A DNA stretch of 64,000 nucleotides from Rhizomicrobium sp. (lineage in GTDB: Bacteria > Pseudomonadota > Alphaproteobacteria > Micropepsales > Micropepsaceae). Position 1 is the first letter of the stretch; each line of letters opens with the position of its first letter. The notes below the pieces were generated by a model. The model was not told the DNA's origin and did not search any database. It saw only the letters and a program-made list of their open reading frames with translations. Shown here piece by piece: positions 10,873 through 19,861 of this stretch. The stretch spans positions 192,331 to 256,330 of the forward strand of contig DASXFU010000039.1 in NCBI GenBank assembly GCA_036489435.1, in the 5' to 3' direction. Both the position numbers and the translations under genes were made by a program.

Positions 10873-11670
10873 CTACACGTCAAGCGAAATCCATGACGGT
10901 TTGATCACACGAACTGTGGCGCCGCCGGATTCGATGGCAGCATCACCTGCTTCGGCGAGCCGGTCGAGCCGGACGAGCGCGAAGCCGCGATGGCCGTAGA
11001 CCGTTGTGATCGAACCGATTTCAAGACGGGCCTTGAGCGCGGCGCCGGGCTGGAGCCCATCGCCTTCGATTGGCAGCAGCCGCTTGCGGGCGGTGCCGCG
11101 ATGTTTCATCCGCGCGGTCAATTCCTGGCCGACATAGCAGCCCTTGGTGAAGGACACGGCGTGCAATTCGTCCAGCCCGCCATCCAGCGCGAAGATCTTG
11201 TCCTGCCCGAAATCGTCGCCTTCCGGGATGCCCAGATCGAGCCGGTGGGCGTGATAGGCTGATGCAGGAGACACATCCTGCGGCATCTCCTGCCGCGCGC
11301 TGATGCTGCGGCGGCCGAGGCCGGGATGGCGTGGATCGGCGAAGCTGTTTCCTGCGTCCAGCCCCACGAACACCGCCAACTGGTCTCGCGCCTCGATCTC
11401 CACCTTGGCGCGCAGGCGGTACATCCTGAGCCGCTTGAGGAGGACGTCGCGGGCCGTGGCGAGGCAGTCGATCAGGATGGCGCCGTCGCCTTCGGTGAGC
11501 AGGAAGTCGTAGAGGATCTTGCCCTGCGGCGTCAGCAGGGCGGCGTAGAGGCCCATGCCGGGGGCGATCGTGTCGACATCGTTGGTGATCAGGCCCTGCA
11601 GCAGGCTGCGCGCGTCCGGCCCGAAGAGGGCGATCACGGCGCGGTCGTCTAGCCTCGCGGCAGGGTGCAT
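10873..11670 (-). CDS. ygfZ: Folate-binding Fe-S cluster repair protein YgfZ
   Basis: KGCYVGQE signature; LQGLITND; LLTPQGK. Confidence 0.94.
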   Translation of the reverse strand: MHPAARLDDRAVIALFGPDARSLLQGLITNDVDTIAPGMGLYAALLTPQGKILYDFLLTEGDGAILIDCLATARDVLLKRLRMYRLRAKVEIEARDQLAVFVGLDAGNSFADPRHPGLGRRSISARQEMPQDVSPASAYHAHRLDLGIPEGDDFGQDKIFALDGGLDELHAVSFTKGCYVGQELTARMKHRGTARKRLLPIEGDGLQPGAALKARLEIGSITTVYGHRGFALVRLDRLAEAGDAAIESGGATVRVIKPSWISLDV

Positions 11671-11671
11671 C

Positions 11672-12727
11672 TCACAGTCCGGCTCCGATCAGCCTGCCTT
11701 CGATCACATTGTTCAGCGCCCGGTGCAAGCGGCCGGCGATGGATTCGAAGCTGTTGGAGGCCTCCACGAGCCGGCGGCCGTTGCGGGCCAGCTTGCGGCG
11801 GAGCCCCTCGCTTCCGATCAGCCGGCCCAGCGCATCCGCCAACGCCACCGGATCGCGCGGCGGAACGAGGAGGCCGCTGTCGCCCTCAACGAGGAATTCC
11901 TTGGGCCCATCGATCCGGCTGGAGACGACGGGAAGGCCATGCGCCAGCGCCTCCAGCAGCGCCAATGGAAACCCTTCCCGCAACGAGGGGAAGGCGAACA
12001 GGTCGGCGCCGCGCAGCACGGGTGCGATATCCTCCACCCAGCCGGTGAATCCCACGAGGCCCGCGAGGCGCCGCCGCACCACCTGCTGCTCCAGCGCCGG
12101 GCGCAGCGGGCCGTCACCGGCCAGCGTGCAGCGGAATTCGACGCCGCGCTCCTTCAGGATGGCAAGCGCGTCGATCAGCACGTCGAAACCCTTCACGGGA
12201 TCGAGGCGGCCGAGGGTGACGATGTGGGCCGGCGTGCCCGGCGCGATGGCGTATTGCGTCTTGGCCTTGTCGGGCACGCGGATGCCGTTGGGGATGACGA
12301 TGATCTTCTCCGCCGGAACGCCATGCTCCAGCAGCATGCGGCGGCGATGCTCCGCCACGCAGATGAACCCGGCATAGGCGAAGTCGGGATCGAACGCGAT
12401 CTTGTGCACCACGCTGACGATGGGTTTCGCATGACCCACGGCGCGGGCGAAGAGGCGATGCGCCTTGCGGCCGTTGGTGAGGATCAGGCTCGGGTCGCGC
12501 CGGGCGACGATGCGGCGCGCGCGTCCGACCGTGATCGGGTCCCAGTCGGAGAGGATCGAGAAGGACTCGCATGGCAGCCCGGCCTCTGCCGCGCGGGCCG
12601 GGATGGAGCAATCGCGCCGCGTGACGGCAACGGCGTCCAGCCCCGCCGCGCGCAACATGGCGAGCTGGTCCAGATAGGCTTTTTCGGTGCCGCCAAAGTT
12701 GGTGGCGAGCATGCAGTTCAGAATCAT
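11672..12727 (-). CDS. Glycosyltransferase family 4 (GT-B fold)
   Basis: GGTE, GRLDPVKG, PSLREGFPLALLEA. Confidence 0.93.
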   Translation of the reverse strand: MILNCMLATNFGGTEKAYLDQLAMLRAAGLDAVAVTRRDCSIPARAAEAGLPCESFSILSDWDPITVGRARRIVARRDPSLILTNGRKAHRLFARAVGHAKPIVSVVHKIAFDPDFAYAGFICVAEHRRRMLLEHGVPAEKIIVIPNGIRVPDKAKTQYAIAPGTPAHIVTLGRLDPVKGFDVLIDALAILKERGVEFRCTLAGDGPLRPALEQQVVRRRLAGLVGFTGWVEDIAPVLRGADLFAFPSLREGFPLALLEALAHGLPVVSSRIDGPKEFLVEGDSGLLVPPRDPVALADALGRLIGSEGLRRKLARNGRRLVEASNSFESIAGRLHRALNNVIEGRLIGAGL

Positions 12728-12927
12728 CTTCGGGCGCTTTCGAAGAGGCTCGGAAGCTAGGAGGGTTCGCGCCGCCCTCAAGTTAAGTTCTGCTCAGGAA
12801 ATGAAGGCTTTTTGAGAATGGACATAGTGGTAATGCGCCACCGAAAATTTTTCGCGGTTAACCGCCCGCGATTGTCAATTTCTGTGCGCCGTCGTAATGC
12901 AGACCGGCAGATTGTATTTTCTTCATC

Positions 12928-13962
12928 ATGCCCCTTCGCGTCCTGACCGTGGCCGCCGGCGCCGAGTTCGGCGGCTCGGAGACCTTCTTCGTCTCGCTCA
13001 GCCTCGCGCTCGCCCGCGCGGGTGTGACGCTGCGCGCCGCGATGAAGCCGTTCCCCATCCGCGAGGAAGCGTTCCGCGCCGCCGGTATCCCCACGCTCGG
13101 CGTGCCGTTCCTCTATCCGGGGCTGGACGCGTGGACGCCCTGGCGCATCCGGCGCTATGCGGCGGACTTCAAGCCCGATTGCGTGCTCACCTTCACCGGC
13201 CGCGGCGGGGCGATGACGCCGCCGGGGGATTACGCGCTGATCGGGCGGCTGGGCGGGTACTATCGCCTCGAATATTTCCGCCGCTGCGATCATCTCGTCT
13301 GCATCACGCCGGACCTGGTGCGTCACGTCGTCGAGGGCGGCTTCCCGAAGGACAAAGTGTTCTTCATCCCGAACTTCCCGGTGATCCAGGGCGCCCCCGC
13401 CATCCCGCGCGGAACGTTCGATACGCCAGATGGTGTGCCGCTGGCGCTGGCGCTGGGCCGCTTGCACAAATCGAAGGCGCTGGACGTGCTGCTGAAGGCC
13501 GTGGCGCGCGTGCCCGGCCTGTGGCTGTGGATCGCGGGCGAGGGGCCGGACCGCGCGGAGCTGATCCAGCTTGCTGCCGATCTTGGCATCGCCAACCGCG
13601 TCCGGTTTCTGGGCTGGCGCACGGACCGCAGCGCGCTGCTCCGCGCCGCCGACCTCTGCGTCTTTCCCTCGCGTTATGAGCCTAACGGCACGGTGGTGGT
13701 GGAGGCCTGGGCGCACGGCATCCCGCTGGTGACGGCCGCCAGCGCCGGCCCCGCCTGGATCGCCCGCGACGGCGAAGACGCACTGATCGCGCCGATCGAC
13801 GACGTAGAGGGACTGTCCTCGCGCATCGCCGCCGTGCTCGGCTCGAAGGAACTGGCTGCGAGTTTGGTGGCCAACGGCCGCAAGCGCATCGAAGCGGAAT
13901 TCTCGGAAAACGCCGTGGTGGCGAAATACATCGCGATGTTCGAGCAAGTGAGGCGTCGCTGA
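12928..13962 (+). CDS. Glycosyltransferase family 4
   Basis: GGSE, LGRLHKSKA, PSRYEPNGTVVVEAW. Confidence 0.93.
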   Translation: MPLRVLTVAAGAEFGGSETFFVSLSLALARAGVTLRAAMKPFPIREEAFRAAGIPTLGVPFLYPGLDAWTPWRIRRYAADFKPDCVLTFTGRGGAMTPPGDYALIGRLGGYYRLEYFRRCDHLVCITPDLVRHVVEGGFPKDKVFFIPNFPVIQGAPAIPRGTFDTPDGVPLALALGRLHKSKALDVLLKAVARVPGLWLWIAGEGPDRAELIQLAADLGIANRVRFLGWRTDRSALLRAADLCVFPSRYEPNGTVVVEAWAHGIPLVTAASAGPAWIARDGEDALIAPIDDVEGLSSRIAAVLGSKELAASLVANGRKRIEAEFSENAVVAKYIAMFEQVRRR

Positions 13963-15728
13963 TGTGTGGCATCGCGGGCATGATGACGAATGACGGGTCC
14001 GCGTCGCCGAAGCCGGCCGTCGATGCGATGCTGGCGGCGATGGTGCATCGCGGGCCGGATGGGCAGGGCTATTACGAAGCGCCCGGCATCGCGCTGGCGC
14101 AGGCGCGGCTCGCCATCATCGATCTGTCGACCGGCGATCAGCCGCTGTTCGGTCCCGGCAATTCGGCGCTGGTCGCCAATGGTGAGATTTACAATTACGT
14201 GGAGCTGCGCCGCGATTTCGCGGGCGCCAATTTCACCACCAAGGGCGATTGCGAGCTGCCGCTCTTTACTTATGCCCGCGACGGGGTGCGGTTCGCCCAC
14301 GATCTGCGCGGCATGTATGGCATCGCGCTGGATGCGGGCGACGGCGTGTCTTATCTCTCTCGCGATCCCTTCGGCATCAAGCCGATCTATTATGCCGAGA
14401 CGCCGGATGGATTGCTCTTCGCCTCCGAGGCGCAGGCCATCCTGAAGACAGGCCTTGTCGAGCGCCGCATCCGCGCCAGCGCCGCCACGGAATTGCTGCA
14501 GCTCCAGTTCACCACCGGCCGCGATACGATCTATGCCGGCATCGAGCGCGTGCTGCCCGGCGAGACCATCGCCATCACCGACGGCCGCCCGCGCACGCGC
14601 CGCGTCGAGCCCGCGCTGCCGGACGCGCCGCTGCTCGACATCGGCGAGGACGAGGCGCTGGCGCGGCTGGAAAGCGTGCTGATGGACAGCGTGATGGTGC
14701 ATCAGCGCTCTGATGTTCCTTATGGCCTGTTCTTCTCCGGCGGCATCGACTCCACCGCCATTCTCGCTTGCATGGCGCGGTTGAACGACCGCCCGGTGCG
14801 CGCCTTCACCGCGCGTTTTCCTGAAACCTCCAAGAGCGAGGAAGCAAGCTTCGCGCGCGACATGGCGAAGGCCGTGGGCGCGGAGCATCTCGAAGTGGAA
14901 GTGACGGCGGAACGTTTCTGGTCGCAACTTCCCGCCATCGCGCGCTGCATGGACGATCCCACGTCGGACTACGCCATCGTGCCGACCTACATGCTGGCGG
15001 AAGAGGCGGCGAAGGAGATGAAGGTCGTGCTCTGCGGCGAGGGCGGCGACGAATTGTTCGGCGGTTACGGACGGTACCGCAGCGCGATGCGCCCCACCTG
15101 GCTGGGCGGCAAGGGGTTGCGCACCCGTGGCTTCCTCGACGGCTTCGACGTGCTGCGCGATACCTCCGCGCGCTGGCGGGGCGGCATCGCGGAGGCGGAG
15201 AAACAGGTCAGCGCGCACCCGCGCAGCCGCATGCAGCAGGCGCAGGCGGTGGATTGCGTCGACTGGCTGCCACACGATCTGCTCAACAAGCTCGACCGCA
15301 CCTTGATGGCCCATTCGCTGGAAGGCCGCACGCCGATGCTTGATCCGGTGGTGGCGGCGCTCGCTTATCGCCTGCCGGACAAATTGAAAGTGCGGGGCGG
15401 CCTCGGCAAATACCTCCTGCGCAAATGGCTGGAGAAGGCGCTGCCCGGTTCACGCCCCTTCGCGCCGAAGCGCGGCTTCACAGTGCCCGTCGAGGAATGG
15501 ATCGCCTCGCGCGCTACGGCGCTCGCGCCGCTGGTCGCGCGGCAGGAAGGCATCGCCGAGGTCTGTCACCCCGACGCGGTGGAGAAACTGTTCCGGTCTT
15601 ACACCGGCAAGGACAAGCGCCACGGCATCGCTTGCTGGCAGCTCCTGTTCTACGCGCTCTGGCACCACGTGCACGCGCAGGGTGCGAGCGGTGATGGAGA
15701 TGTTTTGGGGTGCTTATCTTCGCACTGA
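13962..15728 (+). CDS. asnB: Asparagine synthase (glutamine-hydrolysing)-family amidotransferase
   Basis: MCGIAG, HRGPDG, NGEIYNY, RDPFGIKP, SGGIDS, GEGGDELFGGY. Confidence 0.93.
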   Translation: MCGIAGMMTNDGSASPKPAVDAMLAAMVHRGPDGQGYYEAPGIALAQARLAIIDLSTGDQPLFGPGNSALVANGEIYNYVELRRDFAGANFTTKGDCELPLFTYARDGVRFAHDLRGMYGIALDAGDGVSYLSRDPFGIKPIYYAETPDGLLFASEAQAILKTGLVERRIRASAATELLQLQFTTGRDTIYAGIERVLPGETIAITDGRPRTRRVEPALPDAPLLDIGEDEALARLESVLMDSVMVHQRSDVPYGLFFSGGIDSTAILACMARLNDRPVRAFTARFPETSKSEEASFARDMAKAVGAEHLEVEVTAERFWSQLPAIARCMDDPTSDYAIVPTYMLAEEAAKEMKVVLCGEGGDELFGGYGRYRSAMRPTWLGGKGLRTRGFLDGFDVLRDTSARWRGGIAEAEKQVSAHPRSRMQQAQAVDCVDWLPHDLLNKLDRTLMAHSLEGRTPMLDPVVAALAYRLPDKLKVRGGLGKYLLRKWLEKALPGSRPFAPKRGFTVPVEEWIASRATALAPLVARQEGIAEVCHPDAVEKLFRSYTGKDKRHGIACWQLLFYALWHHVHAQGASGDGDVLGCLSSH

Positions 15729-15744
15729 TGCTGCTTCATCCTCG

Positions 15745-15929
15745 CTGTCATCCCCGGCGAGGGCCGCGCGTATCACGCGCGGCGTGAGGTCAAGGGGACC
15801 CAGGTGGTTCGTCACGAACGGTACAACGCGTGTCGGGCCTGTCCTGCTGCGTCACCGTCTCAGACCAACTACCTGGGTCCCCTTGACCTCGCATCGCGCT
15901 TCGCGCGCGATGCTCGCCGGGGATGACAG
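15745..15929. repeat. Long palindromic REP-like element (GTCATCCCCGGC...GCCGGGGATGAC), subfamily E
   Basis: Terminal inverted repeats plus internal GAGGTCAAGGGGACCCAGGT/ACCTGGGTCCCCTTGACCTC; between convergent asnB and usg. Confidence 0.9.
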
Positions 15930-15935
15930 GGGAGC

Positions 15936-16199
15936 TCAGTGAAGCGTGAACTCGCCCGCATGCATGCGCAGTTCCGCGTCGGAGATCAGCCCGCGCGCAG
16001 CGACGCGCACGGAGTGGATGGGCCCGTCGATGGCCGTCTCCCAGAAATGGAGGAACTTGTTGAGCACCGGGAAGCGCGGTGCGATGTCGAGTTCCTGCCA
16101 GAGGAAGCTCTGCAGGACGGCCGGGTGATCCGGCATGTGGTAGAGGATTTCGGCCGTGGTCAGCCGATATCCGCGCAATTTCATTTCCAACTGACTCAT
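15936..16199 (-). CDS. usg: Usg-family protein
   Basis: GYRLTTAEILYHMPDHP.VLQSFLWQ.LD.AP.FP.L..FL.FW...IDGPIHSV. Confidence 0.93.
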   Translation of the reverse strand: MSQLEMKLRGYRLTTAEILYHMPDHPAVLQSFLWQELDIAPRFPVLNKFLHFWETAIDGPIHSVRVAARGLISDAELRMHAGEFTLH

Positions 16200-16402
16200 G
16201 ACACCACCCCATCGCTCTTTTTATTCGTCCATGCTCTCCTACTTTTCTTAAAGAACAGCTTGCGTGGGAGTTCCCGGGCTGTCGAGCTTGGCGGGCCCGA
16301 TCCCGCCGATTCGGCAACCGCTTGACGAAGTTCGCGTTTTCCTGTGGTTTTCCCGTCTCACCGCCGCCGCCCCCGGCAGCAGTCACACTCCGGTAGTGCC
16401 AG

Positions 16403-17395
16403 ATGAAAGATCGCTTCAAGGCCATCCTGCTCACCAAGGATGGAGGCGTGCACAAGGCCGAGGACGTCGAGCTCAGCCACACCGATCTGATGGAAGGCGA
16501 CGTCACCGTCGCCGTCTCCCATTCGACGGTGAACTACAAGGACGGCCTCGCGCTAACGGGGCGTTCGCCGGTCGTGCGCCGCTTCCCGATGATCCCTGGT
16601 ATCGATCTCGCCGGAACGGTGGCGGCGTCCGAACATCCCAACTTCAAGCCCGGCGACAAGGTGCTGCTGAACGGCTACGGCCTGTCGGAAAGCCATTACG
16701 GCGGCTACTCCGAATATGCCCGCGTGAAGGGCGACTGGCTTGTGCCGCTGCCTGATGCCTTCACCGCCGCCGAAGCCATGGCCATCGGCACGGCGGGTTA
16801 TACCTCGATGCTCTGCGTGCTGGCGCTGGAAGACGCGCATGTGCTGCCGGAGAAAGGCCCCGTGCTGGTGACGGGTGCGTCCGGCGGCGTGGGATCGGTG
16901 GCCGTCGCCATCCTCGCCAAGCTCGGCTATCGCGTCATCGCGTCCACGGGGCGTGTCGAAGAAGAGGCTTACCTCAAGGACCTCGGCGCGGCCGAAATCC
17001 TTCCGCGTGCGGAGCTTTCCGGCGAGCCGCGCATGCTGGGCAAGGAGCGCTGGGCCGGCGCGGTGGACAGCGTGGGCTCCAAGACGCTCGCCAACGTCCT
17101 CGCCTCCACGAACTACGGTGGAGCCGTCGCTGCCTGCGGGCTGGCGCAGGGAATGGACCTGCCGACGACGGTCGCGCCCTTCATCCTGCGCGGCGTGTCG
17201 TTGCTCGGCATCGAGTCCGTGCATATGCCCATGGGGCGCCGTAAGCAGGCGTGGGAGCGGCTGGCGCGCGATCTCGACGCGAAGAAGCTGGCCGCCATGG
17301 CCATAACCATCGGCATGGCCGACCTGCGTGGGGCCGCGGAAGACATCCTGGCCGGCAAGGTACGCGGGCGGCTGGTGGTGGATCTGTCTCTATGA
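16403..17395 (+). CDS. acuI: Acryloyl-CoA reductase / YhdH-type MDR oxidoreductase
   Basis: STVNYKDGLA, PGIDLAG, AMAIGTAGYT, TGASGGVGS, PFILRGVSLLGI. Confidence 0.88.
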   Translation: MKDRFKAILLTKDGGVHKAEDVELSHTDLMEGDVTVAVSHSTVNYKDGLALTGRSPVVRRFPMIPGIDLAGTVAASEHPNFKPGDKVLLNGYGLSESHYGGYSEYARVKGDWLVPLPDAFTAAEAMAIGTAGYTSMLCVLALEDAHVLPEKGPVLVTGASGGVGSVAVAILAKLGYRVIASTGRVEEEAYLKDLGAAEILPRAELSGEPRMLGKERWAGAVDSVGSKTLANVLASTNYGGAVAACGLAQGMDLPTTVAPFILRGVSLLGIESVHMPMGRRKQAWERLARDLDAKKLAAMAITIGMADLRGAAEDILAGKVRGRLVVDLSL

Positions 17396-18057
17396 TGACG
17401 GCCGGTACGTATATCATCCTCATCGTTTCGGGGTTCGTGATCGGCTTGATCGCGGCGGTGCCCATCGGGCCCGTCAACATGCTCTGCATCCGCCGTACTT
17501 TTGCTTACGGCTCGCTCTACGGATTCCTCTCGGGCCTCGGCGCGGCGCTGGCGGATGGCGTGTTCGCCGCCATCGTGGGCTTCGGGCTCACCACCATCGC
17601 GCAGATGATCCAGACGCATTTCACGCCCATCGAGATCGTGGGCGGCCTCATGCTGCTGGGCTTCGGCGTGCATTCCTTCATGGCCTCGCCGAACATGGGC
17701 CTCGACGAGAAGCTGAAGGCGCGCGAGAAGAACGGCCGCGCCACGCTCGCGCGCGCCATGGCCTCCACCTTCGCGCTTGCCATCACCAATCCCGCGACCC
17801 TGTTCTCCTTCACCGGCATGTTCGCGGCGGTGGCGGGGCTGGTGGGCGGACAGGCGAGCTATTTCGGCACGTTGCTGCTCGTCTGCGGCGTGCTGGCGGG
17901 TTCGACGACCTGGTGGTTCACGCTGACGACCATCACGGGCCTCTTCCACGCCAAGATCGACGCGCGCATCATGGGCCTCATCAACCGTATCTCCGGCGGC
18001 GTCGTCACCTTGTTCGGCGTGCTCATCCTGGGCGATGTGATCCGGCGGATCCTGTAG
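17392..18057 (+). CDS. LysE-family translocator
   Basis: AVPIGPVNMLCIRRT, GLGAALAD, LAITNP; ATGA coupling. Confidence 0.9.
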   Translation: MMTAGTYIILIVSGFVIGLIAAVPIGPVNMLCIRRTFAYGSLYGFLSGLGAALADGVFAAIVGFGLTTIAQMIQTHFTPIEIVGGLMLLGFGVHSFMASPNMGLDEKLKAREKNGRATLARAMASTFALAITNPATLFSFTGMFAAVAGLVGGQASYFGTLLLVCGVLAGSTTWWFTLTTITGLFHAKIDARIMGLINRISGGVVTLFGVLILGDVIRRIL

Positions 18058-19440
18058 TTACAGTGGCGGCGGTTCGACCGGCATGTCTGCAGGCAGGTCG
18101 GTCGACTTCCCCATCCATCGCAGCACGAAGAAGAACGCTGCGCCGACCGCGAGCCATCCAAGCCCCACTTCCTTGGCGTTGAGCTCCGCGTTCCACAGCA
18201 CATAGCCGGTGATGAGGAAGCCCAGCGCGGGCGAGACGATGTGTTTCAGCCACGAGCGCTGTGGATCGCGCCAGAAGCGGATCGGTACGCACAGATTGAC
18301 CACCATGAATCCGATCAGCGCACCGAAGCAGACGATCGAGGTGATCAGATCGAACTGGCTCACCAGCAGCAGCCCGATGGCCAGCGTGATCAGGGCCACG
18401 ACGAACACCGCGCCCTCAGGCACCTTGCGCTCAGGATGCACGCGCGCGAGAAAGGCCGGGAGCTTGCCGTCGCGGGCCATGCCGTAGAGCAGCCGTGCGG
18501 TCGCCGCCTGCGCCGACAGCGCGCTCGCGATGGCGCCGAACAGGATGCCCGCCACCGCGACCACCAGCTTGAGGCCGTAACCGCCGATGGTCTGCGAGAT
18601 GTCGTAGAACGCCGAATTGGCCGCGTCGCCATTCGCGAAGGCCTTGGTGTCGAGCACGAACAGCGAGGCGAGCCAGGTCTGCGCCACGAACAGCGCGGCG
18701 GCCAGGATGAGCGACAGGATCGTCGCCCGCGACACGGCGCGCGATCCGTCCCGCGCTTCCTCGGACAAGGTCGAGATCGCGTCGAAGCCCAGATAGCTCA
18801 GCGCGCCCAGCGACACCGCGCCGAACACGATGGCCGGATCGATGGTGGCGGGATCGTAGAACGGTCTGGTCGAAAGATGCGCATGCGCCGTGCCCTGCAT
18901 CAGCCCCAGCACGGCCGCGCCCGCGAAGATCACGAGCACCACCATCTGGAACACCAGCAGCACCATGTTGGCGCGCGCCGTGGCCTCGATGCCGAAATAA
19001 TTCACGATGGTGCCCAGCACCACCAGGCTGACCACCCACACCCAGGCCGGCACGACGGGTAGCACCGCATGCACCGCGATGGCGGCGGCGATGATGGCGA
19101 GCGCGGGCAGCAGAAGGTAGTCGAGCAATATCGCCCAGCCCGCGAAGAACCCCGCCGCCGGGCTGATGCTGCGTGAGGCATAGGCATAGACAGACCCCGC
19201 CACGGGATAGACCTTGCTCATTGCCATGTAGCTGAAGGCGGTGAAAACCATCGCCATCAGCCCCACCAGATAGATCAGCGGCACCATGCCCTTGCTGGCG
19301 TTGAACACGATGCCGAACACCGCGATGGGCGCCGTGGGGCTGATATAGACGAGGCCGTAGACGAGCAGATCGGTGAGGCTCAATGAGCGCCTCAGCTCCT
19401 GCCGGTAGCCGAAAGCCTCGACGCTTTGGTTCTGCTGCAT
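18058..19440 (-). CDS. APC-family amino acid/polyamine permease
   Basis: About 12 TM segments; PVAGSVYAY, YLGFDAISTLSEE, RLLYGMARDG. Confidence 0.93.
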   Translation of the reverse strand: MQQNQSVEAFGYRQELRRSLSLTDLLVYGLVYISPTAPIAVFGIVFNASKGMVPLIYLVGLMAMVFTAFSYMAMSKVYPVAGSVYAYASRSISPAAGFFAGWAILLDYLLLPALAIIAAAIAVHAVLPVVPAWVWVVSLVVLGTIVNYFGIEATARANMVLLVFQMVVLVIFAGAAVLGLMQGTAHAHLSTRPFYDPATIDPAIVFGAVSLGALSYLGFDAISTLSEEARDGSRAVSRATILSLILAAALFVAQTWLASLFVLDTKAFANGDAANSAFYDISQTIGGYGLKLVVAVAGILFGAIASALSAQAATARLLYGMARDGKLPAFLARVHPERKVPEGAVFVVALITLAIGLLLVSQFDLITSIVCFGALIGFMVVNLCVPIRFWRDPQRSWLKHIVSPALGFLITGYVLWNAELNAKEVGLGWLAVGAAFFFVLRWMGKSTDLPADMPVEPPPL

Positions 19441-19474
19441 GCCACCGCCCGCGACGCACCCCGGGGCGAGCCTA

Positions 19475-19861
19475 TCAAGGCGGCGTGGTGGGTACGAGGA
19501 CCAGATGGGCGTCCGTCACTTCGGCGGATGTGGGCCGGTGTGCGGCGCCAACACCCACCACCGTCAGGCGAACCTGCGCGTGATCCCCCACGATCAGGTT
19601 CTGTGGCAGCGGGACGAGGGCGGACGAACCGCCAGTTCCGGAATGCCCCCCAAACGTGGTCACCAGTTCGATGACCGACCCGTCCGGCGCATCGACGCGG
19701 ACGCCCGCGCCATGCGGAAGCGCGCCGGTGGTCAGCGACAGCCAGACCCTCTCATTGGCAGTGGGCGTTCGCGGAAGCTTCAGCGTCATGAATGCGGGTG
19801 AGGCGGCGAGCGCTGGCAGGCCGAGGAGCCCTGCGAGCAGGATCGCCGCCGTCCCGCGCAT
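19475..19861 (-). CDS. Secreted hypothetical protein, partner of the tyrosinase
   Basis: Sec signal (MRGTAAILLAGLLGLPALA); starts immediately after the tyrosinase stop. Confidence 0.75.
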   Translation of the reverse strand: MRGTAAILLAGLLGLPALAASPAFMTLKLPRTPTANERVWLSLTTGALPHGAGVRVDAPDGSVIELVTTFGGHSGTGGSSALVPLPQNLIVGDHAQVRLTVVGVGAAHRPTSAEVTDAHLVLVPTTPP

